Below are positions 25,690 to 34,463 of a stretch of DNA of 64,000 nucleotides, in pieces. Made by a program: the position numbers and the translations under genes. Position 1 is the stretch's first letter. Every line of letters starts with the position of its first letter. Origin of the DNA: a virus. The notes beneath the pieces are model-generated. The model saw only the letters and a list, made by a program, of their open reading frames with translations. It had not been told where the DNA came from and did not search any database. The stretch is from positions 75,211-139,210 of the IMG/VR virus record IMGVR_UViG_3300027970_000001. One strand, written 5' to 3'.

Positions 25690-28041
25690 TCAGACTGGTT
25701 TGTCCCAGCTACTGAACTCGGACCTCAGAACCCCCTCGTACTCGATGATGCCTTCGGGCTGCTCGGCGCGGTTGCGCTGCACGGCCCCCTTTGGCGGCTT
25801 GAACATCTCCCCGTAGACGGCGGCCTTGGCCTCGCTCTCGTCCATCTGCTTGCCTTCGATGGCACCGGCAAACAGCAGAGCCTTGAGCTGAAGCACCTTC
25901 GCCATCTGCTCGTCGATGGTCCCCGCGCCGTCCATGTACGTGACAACGCAGGTGTTTTTGGCTCCCATCCGGTGGATGCGGTCCTCGGCCTGCTCCATCT
26001 TGGCAGGGGTCCAGAGCCTCTCGATGATCAGCATGTCGCTCGCGCGGGTGAGCGTCACTCCGACGGCCATGCCCACCGAGAAGAGCAGCACGTCGAGCCT
26101 GCCCGCCTGGAACATGGCGATGTTGTCGTTGCGCTGCTTCTCGGGCGTCTCACCGGTCACCGACGCCTGCCGGATGATGCGGCGGCGGTCCTTTGCTCGC
26201 TGCTGGTTGACGGCGGTGATGGCCTTCTGAAGCGCCGCGAACGTCTCCTTGTGGTACGCCATCACGACAAGCGGCTTGCCGGGCGAGCTGTCGATGAAGT
26301 TCTCAATCCACTCGGTGCCAGCCTTCACCTTGCCAAGGGCCGACAGGGCCCTCAGCAGGTTGAGCCTGGCCAGTGCGGCGTTCTGCTGCGAGCGCATGGC
26401 CGCACGCGGGCCGCCGTTGGCCAGGACCCATTCGAGGAAGTCCTGGCAGGCGTGCTCGTAGGTCTCGGCGACGTCGTCCGACAGGCTCACGATGACCGTG
26501 CCTCGGACCTTCTCTGGGAAGTCGGGGAGGATGTCCTTGGTGCGCCGGAGCATGTAGGTGCCGTTCAGCTCTTCGTAGAGGGCTGAAAGGCTCTTGGACT
26601 TGGCGACGCGCTTCTCGAACAGTACCGGGTCGTTCCACGCGGTCGGGTTGATCATGTGCAGGAGCGAAAACAGCTCGTTCGGCGTGTTGGTGAACGGCGT
26701 GCCGCTCAGGAGGAACAGGCGTGGAATCCTCATCGCCATGTCGTGGAAGACTTGCGCCCGCTCGCTGCCCCGGGCTTCGAGCTTCTGGGTGCGCATCACC
26801 CGGACGATCTTGAGCGTGGCGAGGATGTGAGCCTCGTCCGCCACGAGCGTCTGGTTCTTGCGCTTCATCAGCCAGTCGGCATGGGAGGCGAGCGACTCGT
26901 AGTTCACGATGACGACGTCGGCGGACTGCGCCTCCTTGCCGGGGACGGCGCTCCCGTCCAGCACCAGCACCGACAGGTCCGGGCGCCACTTGTTCAGCTC
27001 CGCGCGCCAGTTCTGCTTGACCGACTTGGGGCACGCGACGATCGCGGGGGCGTCGATGACCGATGCGGTTGTGATGGTCTTGCCAAGGCCCGGCTGATCG
27101 GCCAACAGGCCCCTGCCTGCCGCATCCATCCAGCGCGCCCCGTGCTCCTGGTGGAGCATCAGGCCCTTGGGCAGCGCCCTGTCAGACAGAAGCTCGCGGG
27201 GCAGCTCGGCGGGGCTGATGGGGCCCCATTGGTCTGGCGTGTACTTCGAGAGTCGCGCCGCGATGGCGGCGGTCGTCTTTGCCGGAGGGGCGACCTCGGC
27301 AGCGGGCAAAAATCCGCCGTCTTCTTCGGCTGCGCGGGTGATCCTATCGACGATCCGGCGAGCGCCCTCGGCTCCAACCTTGAGAGGCTCCTCTCTTGTG
27401 GACACGTACACGCCGCCGTCGAGCCTCACCGAGTCTCCGCTCGGGGCTACCCAGTCGACGGTCCGCTGCTTGGCACCGTCCGAGATCTTCCTTCCCACCG
27501 CCACGCGCGTGACCACGGGGCCAGTTCCAGGGTCTACCTGGCGCGTCTGCTTGGCCGGTGCCGCTGGAGCGGGCATCTCGGGCGGCGGCACGTAGGACAT
27601 GATGCCGTGCTCGATGGTGTCATCGAGGTACGCCAGCACCGACCGGCCGGTTGGCTCCCAGCGCTGAAACTCAGGCACCGACACCACGGCCTGATTGCCG
27701 AACAAGCCGCCGACGACGATGGGGCCGACCTTCTCGACCCAGTCATCGACGCGGAACAGGCGCACCATCTCCTGGCCGCGCCGCCGCGCCTCGGGGAACA
27801 GCTCTCGGTTGGCCTTGGCCGCATCCACGACCCGGTCGGTGATGTTCGCGGAACGGGGAATCATCAAGCCCATGAGCTTGTGATCCCAGGGGGAGTCCGG
27901 GCGGCCCTTCTCGTTCTCAAGGGTGATGAACGCGACGGGGCTGCTGGGCTTTGGCCTGCCGACCGCAACCTCGGCAATGGCCTCCACGCCTTCCAGGTCG
28001 CCTTCAGGCCCGCCGGCGTTCCGTGAAATGATGCCTCTCAT
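25690..28041 (-). CDS. SNF2/SWI2-family (SMARCAL1-like) helicase/ATPase
   Basis: LLADQPGLGKT, CPKSVKQNW, DEAH, LSGTP, MLRRTK, GVTLT, QAEDRIHRMG. Confidence 0.9.
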   Translation of the reverse strand: MRGIISRNAGGPEGDLEGVEAIAEVAVGRPKPSSPVAFITLENEKGRPDSPWDHKLMGLMIPRSANITDRVVDAAKANRELFPEARRRGQEMVRLFRVDDWVEKVGPIVVGGLFGNQAVVSVPEFQRWEPTGRSVLAYLDDTIEHGIMSYVPPPEMPAPAAPAKQTRQVDPGTGPVVTRVAVGRKISDGAKQRTVDWVAPSGDSVRLDGGVYVSTREEPLKVGAEGARRIVDRITRAAEEDGGFLPAAEVAPPAKTTAAIAARLSKYTPDQWGPISPAELPRELLSDRALPKGLMLHQEHGARWMDAAGRGLLADQPGLGKTITTASVIDAPAIVACPKSVKQNWRAELNKWRPDLSVLVLDGSAVPGKEAQSADVVIVNYESLASHADWLMKRKNQTLVADEAHILATLKIVRVMRTQKLEARGSERAQVFHDMAMRIPRLFLLSGTPFTNTPNELFSLLHMINPTAWNDPVLFEKRVAKSKSLSALYEELNGTYMLRRTKDILPDFPEKVRGTVIVSLSDDVAETYEHACQDFLEWVLANGGPRAAMRSQQNAALARLNLLRALSALGKVKAGTEWIENFIDSSPGKPLVVMAYHKETFAALQKAITAVNQQRAKDRRRIIRQASVTGETPEKQRNDNIAMFQAGRLDVLLFSVGMAVGVTLTRASDMLIIERLWTPAKMEQAEDRIHRMGAKNTCVVTYMDGAGTIDEQMAKVLQLKALLFAGAIEGKQMDESEAKAAVYGEMFKPPKGAVQRNRAEQPEGIIEYEGVLRSEFSSWDKPV

Positions 28042-28051
28042 CGAACTCACC

Positions 28052-28900
28052 TTACCCGAGGCCGATGCTTTCGGCGATGTCGGCGTCAGCCGTGTGGCGA
28101 GTCTTGCCGCCAACGATGAAGCTGTAGACGCGGGCGAAGCCCCACTGCCCCTGCGTCGCCCCGGGCCTGTGTCCGGTGCTCCAGGCTGCAAGTCCGCGGT
28201 TGTAGACCTTCTTCAGGGCACGCTGGTACCCGGCAAGCGTTGCGTCCGGCGCCACGTCCTCGTAACTCGCGCTGGCAATCGCAGGCAGGCCCCCTTTGAC
28301 GTCGCCGTAGCGACGCTTGAACTCGGCCGTGTAGGAGCTGGTCCGGGTCTTGGAGCCAGCGTCCGTCTTGAATGGACGGAACGCGCTCTTGGGGCGACGA
28401 GGGCCGAGCTTGCGGCTCTCCTTGGCGCGGCTGGTGATTTCACGGCGGCGCGAGGTGCGCTTGGCTCCCTTGAGTGAGCCGAGGTACTTCGACGGCACGC
28501 GGCCGTTGCGCCTGGGGCGATCTCTCTCTTCGTCGCGCCTCTTGGCTTCCAGGTAGGCGTGGTGAGCCTTGATCTGGGCAGGGGTGACCTTGTCGTACAC
28601 AGGCTTGAACTGAAGCTCGACCGCCCGCCTCTCCTCCTCGATTACGAACGGCAGATGGCCAAGCCCGCGAAGCTCTCGCTCGGCATCGGCAAGCTGAGCC
28701 TCTGCTTTCTCAGGGTCCAGCTTGAACGCCTTGGTGTTCATCACCGCGCCCACCGCTGCCGAGAACGCCCCCCAGGGGTCCCGCTTGAGCTTCTTGTACG
28801 GGCGATGACCCTGGTTTCTGGCGAGGCCGCCTCCGGCTAGTCGCTCTAGCGCGAAGGCGGAAAATAGGAGGCCAAGCCCCAGTCCGATTCCTCTGAGCAT
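28052..28900 (-). CDS. N-anchored basic protein with DUF5824-like C-terminal domain
   Basis: VYNRGLAAWSTGHRPGATQGQWGFARVYSF...TADAD; LARN and PRRN boundaries. Confidence 0.6.
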   Translation of the reverse strand: MLRGIGLGLGLLFSAFALERLAGGGLARNQGHRPYKKLKRDPWGAFSAAVGAVMNTKAFKLDPEKAEAQLADAERELRGLGHLPFVIEEERRAVELQFKPVYDKVTPAQIKAHHAYLEAKRRDEERDRPRRNGRVPSKYLGSLKGAKRTSRRREITSRAKESRKLGPRRPKSAFRPFKTDAGSKTRTSSYTAEFKRRYGDVKGGLPAIASASYEDVAPDATLAGYQRALKKVYNRGLAAWSTGHRPGATQGQWGFARVYSFIVGGKTRHTADADIAESIGLG

Positions 28901-29286
28901 CAGACAAACGCCTCGTCCAGCAGGCCCAGGTTCTCAAGCAGGAAGATGAGGCAGCCGGACAGCTCCTCGTGTTCGTTGGCCCGTGTCCAAAGATGGCCGA
29001 TGAACAGGTGAAGCGCTTGCAAGTCTTGAAACATCACCACGTGCGAGCCGTGATGCTCGATGGAGCAGACCCGGTCGGTGAAGTTCATGTGGGCGCGCAG
29101 TCGGTGAACCATCGAGTTGATGAGTCGCAGCTCGCTACCCTCGTCGTCCTCGATTCGATAGCAGTAGACCCACGGGGTGCTGTTGAGCGGGCTTGCACCG
29201 CTGCCGTCTCGATACTCCCAGAGGTGTCGAACGAAGCTCCGGTAGTCCGGCATCCCGTCGTGAACGGAGGGGGCCACGGTTTCCAT
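28900..29286 (-). CDS. hypothetical protein
   Basis: ATG follows the J-domain stop codon; coding-like. Confidence 0.55.
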   Translation of the reverse strand: METVAPSVHDGMPDYRSFVRHLWEYRDGSGASPLNSTPWVYCYRIEDDEGSELRLINSMVHRLRAHMNFTDRVCSIEHHGSHVVMFQDLQALHLFIGHLWTRANEHEELSGCLIFLLENLGLLDEAFV

Positions 29287-29287
29287 G

Positions 29288-29914
29288 TCAGGTAGCCACC
29301 TGGCGAACCTTGAGCATGGCGTCCTTGGCTCGGGTGCATTCCTCGAACTTGGCCCTGGCGGCTTCGCGCTCTTCGGCTGGCGCACCCGGAGGGACCGTGT
29401 CGGGGTGATACTCGGAAGCCTTGATGCGGTACGCCTTCTTGACCTCTTCAATGGAGGCGTCTGCGTCGATGCCGAGAATCTCCCAGGGCTTGCGGCGTGC
29501 GGGAGCGGCGGGGCCTGGAGCGCGAGCGCCCTGGGTGTACTGGTGGTAGTGCTGCTGCTGCGCCTGCTGAGCGGCTCGCGCCTTGACGGCCTCTGCGGCG
29601 GCCTCGGCGCGTGCGCGGGCCATGACCTGGAGCTTTTCCTCAGCGGCGCCCCACATGAACCCGAAGCATTGGCGGCAGCAGCCGAACTGGGTCCCAGGGT
29701 TGACCATCTCCATGCCGTCGAAGGGAAGCTCGCGGCGGCAGGCGGCGCAGACGAAGCTGCCGCCGAGTTGCTCGGCGGGAAGCGTGCTGGCCTGCCTGTC
29801 GCGCATCCCTTCAAGGAAGGACGTCGCTCGGTCGAACAGGGTTCCTACGGCAACCTCGGCGGCTGAGCCGACCAGATCGTCGATTTTGGGGGTGGAGCGG
29901 GAGCGGCGAGGCAT
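29288..29914 (-). CDS. J-domain (DnaJ-like) protein with N-terminal zinc finger
   Basis: PWEILGI...EVKKAYR..ASEYHPD; CAAC and CCRQC. Confidence 0.85.
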   Translation of the reverse strand: MPRRSRSTPKIDDLVGSAAEVAVGTLFDRATSFLEGMRDRQASTLPAEQLGGSFVCAACRRELPFDGMEMVNPGTQFGCCRQCFGFMWGAAEEKLQVMARARAEAAAEAVKARAAQQAQQQHYHQYTQGARAPGPAAPARRKPWEILGIDADASIEEVKKAYRIKASEYHPDTVPPGAPAEEREAARAKFEECTRAKDAMLKVRQVAT

Positions 29915-29920
29915 CGGACG

Positions 29921-29929
29921 AGTATAGCA
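29921..29929 (-). promoter_or_regulatory. extended -10 (TGc-TATACT) 6 nt upstream of ATG 29914
   Basis: Forward agtatagca; near consensus. Confidence 0.65.
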
Positions 29930-29940
29930 GCGTCAGGCGG

Positions 29941-30294
29941 CTACCTGCGCCGTGAACTCTTCTTGATTCTGGCCGCAGCGACCTCGGCGGCGATCCGCTT
30001 TCGGATGGCCAACTCGATGTCCACTTCGGGCTTTTCGGGCGGCTGCTCGACGAGCTGAGCCTCCACGACAGGCGGCTTGGGCCGGCTCGTCCTGCGCTTG
30101 AGGTAGGACTTCTTGTAGCTGGTCTTGCGCTGGGTGAGCGCCTTCTTGCTCTGCCGATGCGGCGGCTGAAGCTCGTAGACCAGGCTGCCGGATGAAGCCT
30201 CCTGAATCAGGAACCCCTCGTCAGACACGTAGATGTCGACGTCCGATAGGTTCGAGTCGGGAGGCGGCTCCACGTTCGCCGCCGCAGAGTTCAA
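29941..30294 (-). CDS. basic hypothetical protein, 5-prime end possibly truncated
   Basis: RKTSYKK, KRRTSRP, KKSSRRR; overlaps the MTase remnant. Confidence 0.45.
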   Translation of the reverse strand: MNSAAANVEPPPDSNLSDVDIYVSDEGFLIQEASSGSLVYELQPPHRQSKKALTQRKTSYKKSYLKRRTSRPKPPVVEAQLVEQPPEKPEVDIELAIRKRIAAEVAAARIKKSSRRR

Positions 30295-30463
30295 TGGCTA
30301 CCAGAGCATCGGCCTTGAACTCGACCCGACCTACTTCGACCTTGCGACGAAAGCAGTACCACGCCTCGCGAAGTACACGCCTGGCCGAGGCGGCGACGTA
30401 GAGGATGAAGTCGACGAGTCCGAGACTGCCAAGCCACAGGCGCAGCGACGCCTATTCGACTGA
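30259..30463 (+). pseudogene. C-terminal remnant of an N4/N6 DNA methyltransferase
   Basis: GGGSTFAAAEFNGYQSIGLELDPTYFDLA (SAM-binding motif I region); no catalytic DPPY/SPPY half upstream. Confidence 0.6.
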
Positions 30464-30488
30464 AGTCCGTTTCCGTCGAGGAATCGAG

Positions 30489-30695
30489 TCAGCGGCGCCG
30501 GCGTGTGCTGCCGCCGCCACCGAGGATCGCTTCTCGAACGTCCGGAGTCAGAGCGCCCCAGGCTAGCAGCGCCTGTCCGATGCTGTACTTGTCGGGGTTG
30601 GCAGGCAGTTCCACGAACAAGTTCGTTTGAATCCTGGCGACGTAGTCGAATCCCGGGACGTAAACGACAAGTTCGTAGAAGCGCCTGTCAGCCAT
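30489..30695 (-). CDS. small hypothetical protein
   Basis: MADRRFYELVV...; ends STRRRR. Confidence 0.5.
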   Translation of the reverse strand: MADRRFYELVVYVPGFDYVARIQTNLFVELPANPDKYSIGQALLAWGALTPDVREAILGGGGSTRRRR

Positions 30696-30702
30696 GGCAC
30701 GC

Positions 30703-31059
30703 TCAGACGGCCGCGAAGATAGCGCCGAGCCCGTCACCGCTGTCGCCGAGGTCGTACCGGACGGTGCCCTCGGTGGTGAATGGGATCTGCTTGAACGGGT
30801 AGTCGTAGTTGCCGATCCCAGGCAGCGTGTCGCGCATCATGCCGATGTTGCGACGCGCGCCGGGAATCGGCGTCCTGACGTAGCCGATGTGGTGGGTGTA
30901 GTTCGCCGGCATCCCGATGTTCATGTCGGGGCCCCAGCCGTAGGGCGAGTAGATCGCCCCCGGCGGGCTCATTCGCCACGAGTACGGATCAACCGCCTGA
31001 GCGAACGCCGTCGTCGATGTGAAAGCGGGCGGTGCGCCCATGCCGCGATGGTAGCTCAT
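30703..31059 (-). CDS. Gly/Pro/Tyr-rich virion-type protein (MSYHRGMG leader)
   Basis: Shares the leader motif of the structural cluster. Confidence 0.6.
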   Translation of the reverse strand: MSYHRGMGAPPAFTSTTAFAQAVDPYSWRMSPPGAIYSPYGWGPDMNIGMPANYTHHIGYVRTPIPGARRNIGMMRDTLPGIGNYDYPFKQIPFTTEGTVRYDLGDSGDGLGAIFAAV

Positions 31060-31089
31060 GTGGTTGCCTTAGCCGGCGCCGCCAGCGTT

Positions 31090-31494
31090 TCAGTCGTGAG
31101 AAACGAAGTACAGGCCCTCGTTGAGCTGGTCGAAGTAGTAGCCCTTGTCGCCAGTCATCTGACGAAGCTTCGACTCGGCCTTGTGGTGCAGCCGGTCCCA
31201 CGCCGCGCTCTCGTTGCCTTCGATCAGGCGTCCCTCGACCGAGAAGGTAGCCTCGCCGCCGCGCGTCTTCACGGAGTCGATGACCTCCGCGACAATCTTG
31301 TCGCGGCCCAGCTTCCGGTAGGACGGGGCTTCCAGCAGCGTGTTGGCCCAGGCAAGGCGCAGCGCCTTCGTCAGGTCCTTCGTCGTGCTGATGCGTAGGC
31401 GGATGGGCCTGGCAGGGCGACTGCTCTTGCGGCTGGTCCGCTTGGCAGGGGCGCGCTTGCTGGTCTTACGGCTGGTCTTCTTACGGGCGGCCAT
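31090..31494 (-). CDS. protein with KKTSRK basic N-terminal tag
   Basis: AAGGAG RBS; MAARKKTSRKTSKRAPAKRTSRKSSR. Confidence 0.7.
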   Translation of the reverse strand: MAARKKTSRKTSKRAPAKRTSRKSSRPARPIRLRISTTKDLTKALRLAWANTLLEAPSYRKLGRDKIVAEVIDSVKTRGGEATFSVEGRLIEGNESAAWDRLHHKAESKLRQMTGDKGYYFDQLNEGLYFVSHD

Positions 31495-31504
31495 CGTCGT
31501 CTCC

Positions 31505-32518
31505 TTATGCTGCTTCTTCACCAAGCGCCCTCTTGAGCGCCTGCTCGACCTTGTACACGACCCGCCCGCCGCTGCCGAATCTACGAGCGACCACCGGCCA
31601 CTCGCCGTTCCAGTCAATGACGACGGCCTCGCTCTTGCGGCCCTCTTCCTGGCCGTCAATCATCGCGGCGGTCATGTCCCCCTTCGGGATGAGGTTGTCT
31701 CCAACGGCGAGGTAAACGCCGACCGGAAGCTTCTCAAGGCGGCGGCGAGCGCCACCCGGAAGCCGCTGCGGAAGCTCAGCCTCGCGAGCCTCAACCACGG
31801 CTTTGAGGACGCGCTCGACCGACTGGGAGTCGGGGATGCAGGGGACGCCGTCTGGGCCTACCTCGGCGACGATCCGCTCGACGACGGGAGCAGGCTCGAC
31901 GGGCGCCTGGGCGCTCAGGCGGCGCGGCTCGATGACCTCGGGCACCTCGGGCCACACCTGAACTCCGCGGGCGAGCGGCTGCGTGTGGGCCATCACGGGC
32001 GGCGTGCGCGGGATGGGCGAGGGCCATGTCATCCCAGCGGGCGCCATCGACGGCCGGAAGAACGGCGCGTGCTCGGTCCTCATCGTGAGAGCCACGCGGC
32101 GGCGCAGGTCGTTCTCGATGGTGTTGACCGTGACGTTGACCGCGTGGAGTGCTTCACGGTGCCGGCGCTGAAGCTCGTGCAGGTCACGGGCGGCCCACAT
32201 CACCATGGGCTCCGCAAGCTCAGAGAGAAGCTCCGGCGCGATGACCATGGCCTCTGTCAATAGCGCGTGGGTCACCGCACGCCTGAACGCAGGCATGTCC
32301 GGGTGATCGTCAGCAACGATGCCGCACGACTGGGCAAGCTGCTGCGTCGCCTCGGGCGCTTCGATCTCGCTCGGCACCACAGCGAAGAACACGCCAGCGT
32401 CAAACCCGTAGATGACGTCGAGGAACGAGAGGCCGCGCCCGGTGTACTCAAGCACGTGGGCACCGCCGCGGTCACGGCGGGTGCGGATGTCGAGGCGCGA
32501 AAGGATCTTGGGCTTCAT
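31505..32518 (-). CDS. hypothetical protein; C-terminal domain shared with 45323-46096
   Basis: LEKLPVGVY...VIDWNGEWPVVARRFGSGGRVVYKVE. Confidence 0.7.
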   Translation of the reverse strand: MKPKILSRLDIRTRRDRGGAHVLEYTGRGLSFLDVIYGFDAGVFFAVVPSEIEAPEATQQLAQSCGIVADDHPDMPAFRRAVTHALLTEAMVIAPELLSELAEPMVMWAARDLHELQRRHREALHAVNVTVNTIENDLRRRVALTMRTEHAPFFRPSMAPAGMTWPSPIPRTPPVMAHTQPLARGVQVWPEVPEVIEPRRLSAQAPVEPAPVVERIVAEVGPDGVPCIPDSQSVERVLKAVVEAREAELPQRLPGGARRRLEKLPVGVYLAVGDNLIPKGDMTAAMIDGQEEGRKSEAVVIDWNGEWPVVARRFGSGGRVVYKVEQALKRALGEEAA

Positions 32519-32532
32519 AGGAGCGCTCCGTT

Positions 32533-32653
32533 TCGACGGCCGGAAGCGAGGCTGCCGCTCGCTGCGAACAGGTGGGGCACACCTGAATGAAGGCACAGCT
32601 CTTTGTTGAGCAGGCGTCCATTCAAGAGCTGCATCCCCGCTTCCGGCCGTCGA
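32533..32653 (-). ncRNA. candidate structured intergenic RNA
   Basis: Perfect 16-bp closing helix plus internal hairpins; strand inferred from flanking genes. Confidence 0.4.
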
Positions 32654-32685
32654 CTCAGAGTGTACACCGCACGGCCTATGTCAGT

Positions 32686-33372
32686 TCAGCCGTCCGAAGA
32701 CAGGCGCGACAGAACCTTGTCGAGCACGTGCTCTCCGACGACGTACCCCGCGATCTCGGCGGAGAAAGAGGTCGTCTCGTAGGGCTGCGGCTTCAAGATC
32801 TGAACCGTCATGGTGATGTTCTGCCCCGGCCTCGCGTAATACGCGAAGTTCTCAAGGCCGATCTGCGACGACCCGGGGAACGGGTAGAAGCTGCCCTGGC
32901 CAGGCGTCGGAGCCGAAGTGTTTTGAAGGGTGCCGTCGGGGTCTCCGAAGCCGGTCAGCGCGAGACGCTGCCCCTGGGCGGTGATATTGGTGTTGAAGTC
33001 GGTCATCCCTCGGTTCCCGACGTTCGTCTGGAATCCGAAGTAGCCGGCTGCACGGGCACGGGACACCGCGATCTTGTCGCCAGGGGCGATGTTGGTCGCG
33101 GCGTACACGCTGAACGCCGTGTTCCTGATGATGATCGCCTGCCGAGCCGGCGTCTGAATGTTGGCAACCACCACAGGGTACGGATACGGAGGGAACCCGG
33201 CCTTCTGAATCGGCTTCGGGTAGTCCGCAAAGTACGCCCGCTGAAAAAAGATCAGCGACCGCGACGGCAGAAACTGAAGGAACCCGTCTCGGATGGATAC
33301 GGGCTGCGACCCGCCACCCATCCCGGACATGGGAAGGGTGGAGGGCACCTGCGAAGTCGTGATGGGCCGCAT
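32686..33372 (-). CDS. beta-rich putative minor capsid/jelly-roll protein
   Basis: Alternating beta-strand pattern, terminal SAEIAGYVV, MSGMG near the N-terminus; next to the capsid-like genes. Confidence 0.5.
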   Translation of the reverse strand: MRPITTSQVPSTLPMSGMGGGSQPVSIRDGFLQFLPSRSLIFFQRAYFADYPKPIQKAGFPPYPYPVVVANIQTPARQAIIIRNTAFSVYAATNIAPGDKIAVSRARAAGYFGFQTNVGNRGMTDFNTNITAQGQRLALTGFGDPDGTLQNTSAPTPGQGSFYPFPGSSQIGLENFAYYARPGQNITMTVQILKPQPYETTSFSAEIAGYVVGEHVLDKVLSRLSSDG

Positions 33373-33387
33373 AGACCCTCCAGTCTA

Positions 33388-34383
33388 TCAGACCGCCGGG
33401 CTCTGCGCCTGGAGGATCTTGTAGCCGAGCATGGTGAAGTAGAGGGTTCCACCAAGCGCCACAACCTGGCGCCCGATGTCGTCAGGAGGGGTGACCGGAG
33501 TGATGAACGGATCCGGCGGCGGAACCGCGTTGCCCTCCGCAAACCCGTTCGGAAGTGCCGCGTAGTTCAGCTCGGCAAACCCAACATCACGCGTCAGAGT
33601 TGCGCTGAACCGAATGGAGCTTCCGCGCTCGAAGAAGTCCGACACGGGCAGGTAGAGCGGACGGTCGTTCTCGGTGAAGAGATACCGGCTCGGGATCGGA
33701 ATCTGGTTCTGGCGCAGGCGGTCGACGCCCTCGTCGGCAATCTCGAAGGTGAAGTCGACGGTACCGGGGCGGAAGGTGTTGACCAGCGCGGCGTCGTCGA
33801 GCGCAGCGGCGCCGTTCGCCGTGTCACCGACGCGAGCGCCGATGTAAGCGCCCTGAAACGCATCCGCGGTGGAAGCCACCGGGCGCCAGCGCCCAGAGAG
33901 AGGCGTCTGCACCTCAGTGCCCGCCGCCGGATCGTCAGGACGACCACTCTCCTCGTCGCCGTAGGGGCCGATCGAGAAGGTCTTCAGCAGGAACGCCGAC
34001 AGGTACGTCGTGCAGACGAACGGACCGTCCTGGCTGATGGTCTTCACGTCGCTCAACCGCGAGCCAGCAATCGTCACGCTCGGCGACGTGGGGCCCGGGA
34101 TGTTGATCGCGAACTGCATGAAGTATGGCACCCGCTTGCCAGGGATGTCCTCGATGTACCGGATGCGAGCGGCGGCCTTCTTGAGGGCGTCGCGCATCTT
34201 GCGCAACTCCATCTTGTCGTCTTCGCGCTCGGACGCCATCGCCCGGTACCGCTTGACCAGCGACTGAAGCTGAGCCTCGATGCGCTCGTGCTGGTTGGCC
34301 ATCTGCGACAGATAGCGACGCGTGTTCTCGTCCAACTCCATAACCTGCTCCTCCTGCGCTCCTCGCGCCATTGGTGCCGACAA
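33388..34383 (-). CDS. coiled coil + beta-rich putative capsid (jelly-roll) protein
   Basis: TISQDGPFV...PLYLPVSDFFERGSSIRF...LYFTMLGYKI. Confidence 0.5.
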   Translation of the reverse strand: MSAPMARGAQEEQVMELDENTRRYLSQMANQHERIEAQLQSLVKRYRAMASEREDDKMELRKMRDALKKAAARIRYIEDIPGKRVPYFMQFAINIPGPTSPSVTIAGSRLSDVKTISQDGPFVCTTYLSAFLLKTFSIGPYGDEESGRPDDPAAGTEVQTPLSGRWRPVASTADAFQGAYIGARVGDTANGAAALDDAALVNTFRPGTVDFTFEIADEGVDRLRQNQIPIPSRYLFTENDRPLYLPVSDFFERGSSIRFSATLTRDVGFAELNYAALPNGFAEGNAVPPPDPFITPVTPPDDIGRQVVALGGTLYFTMLGYKILQAQSPAV

Positions 34384-34463
34384 GCTCCACTGCTGTCAGC
34401 GGAGGCGACAGTAGCATGGCTGAGACAGGCGTACAACAGTCGAGCTTGACATGCCCTGCGCAG

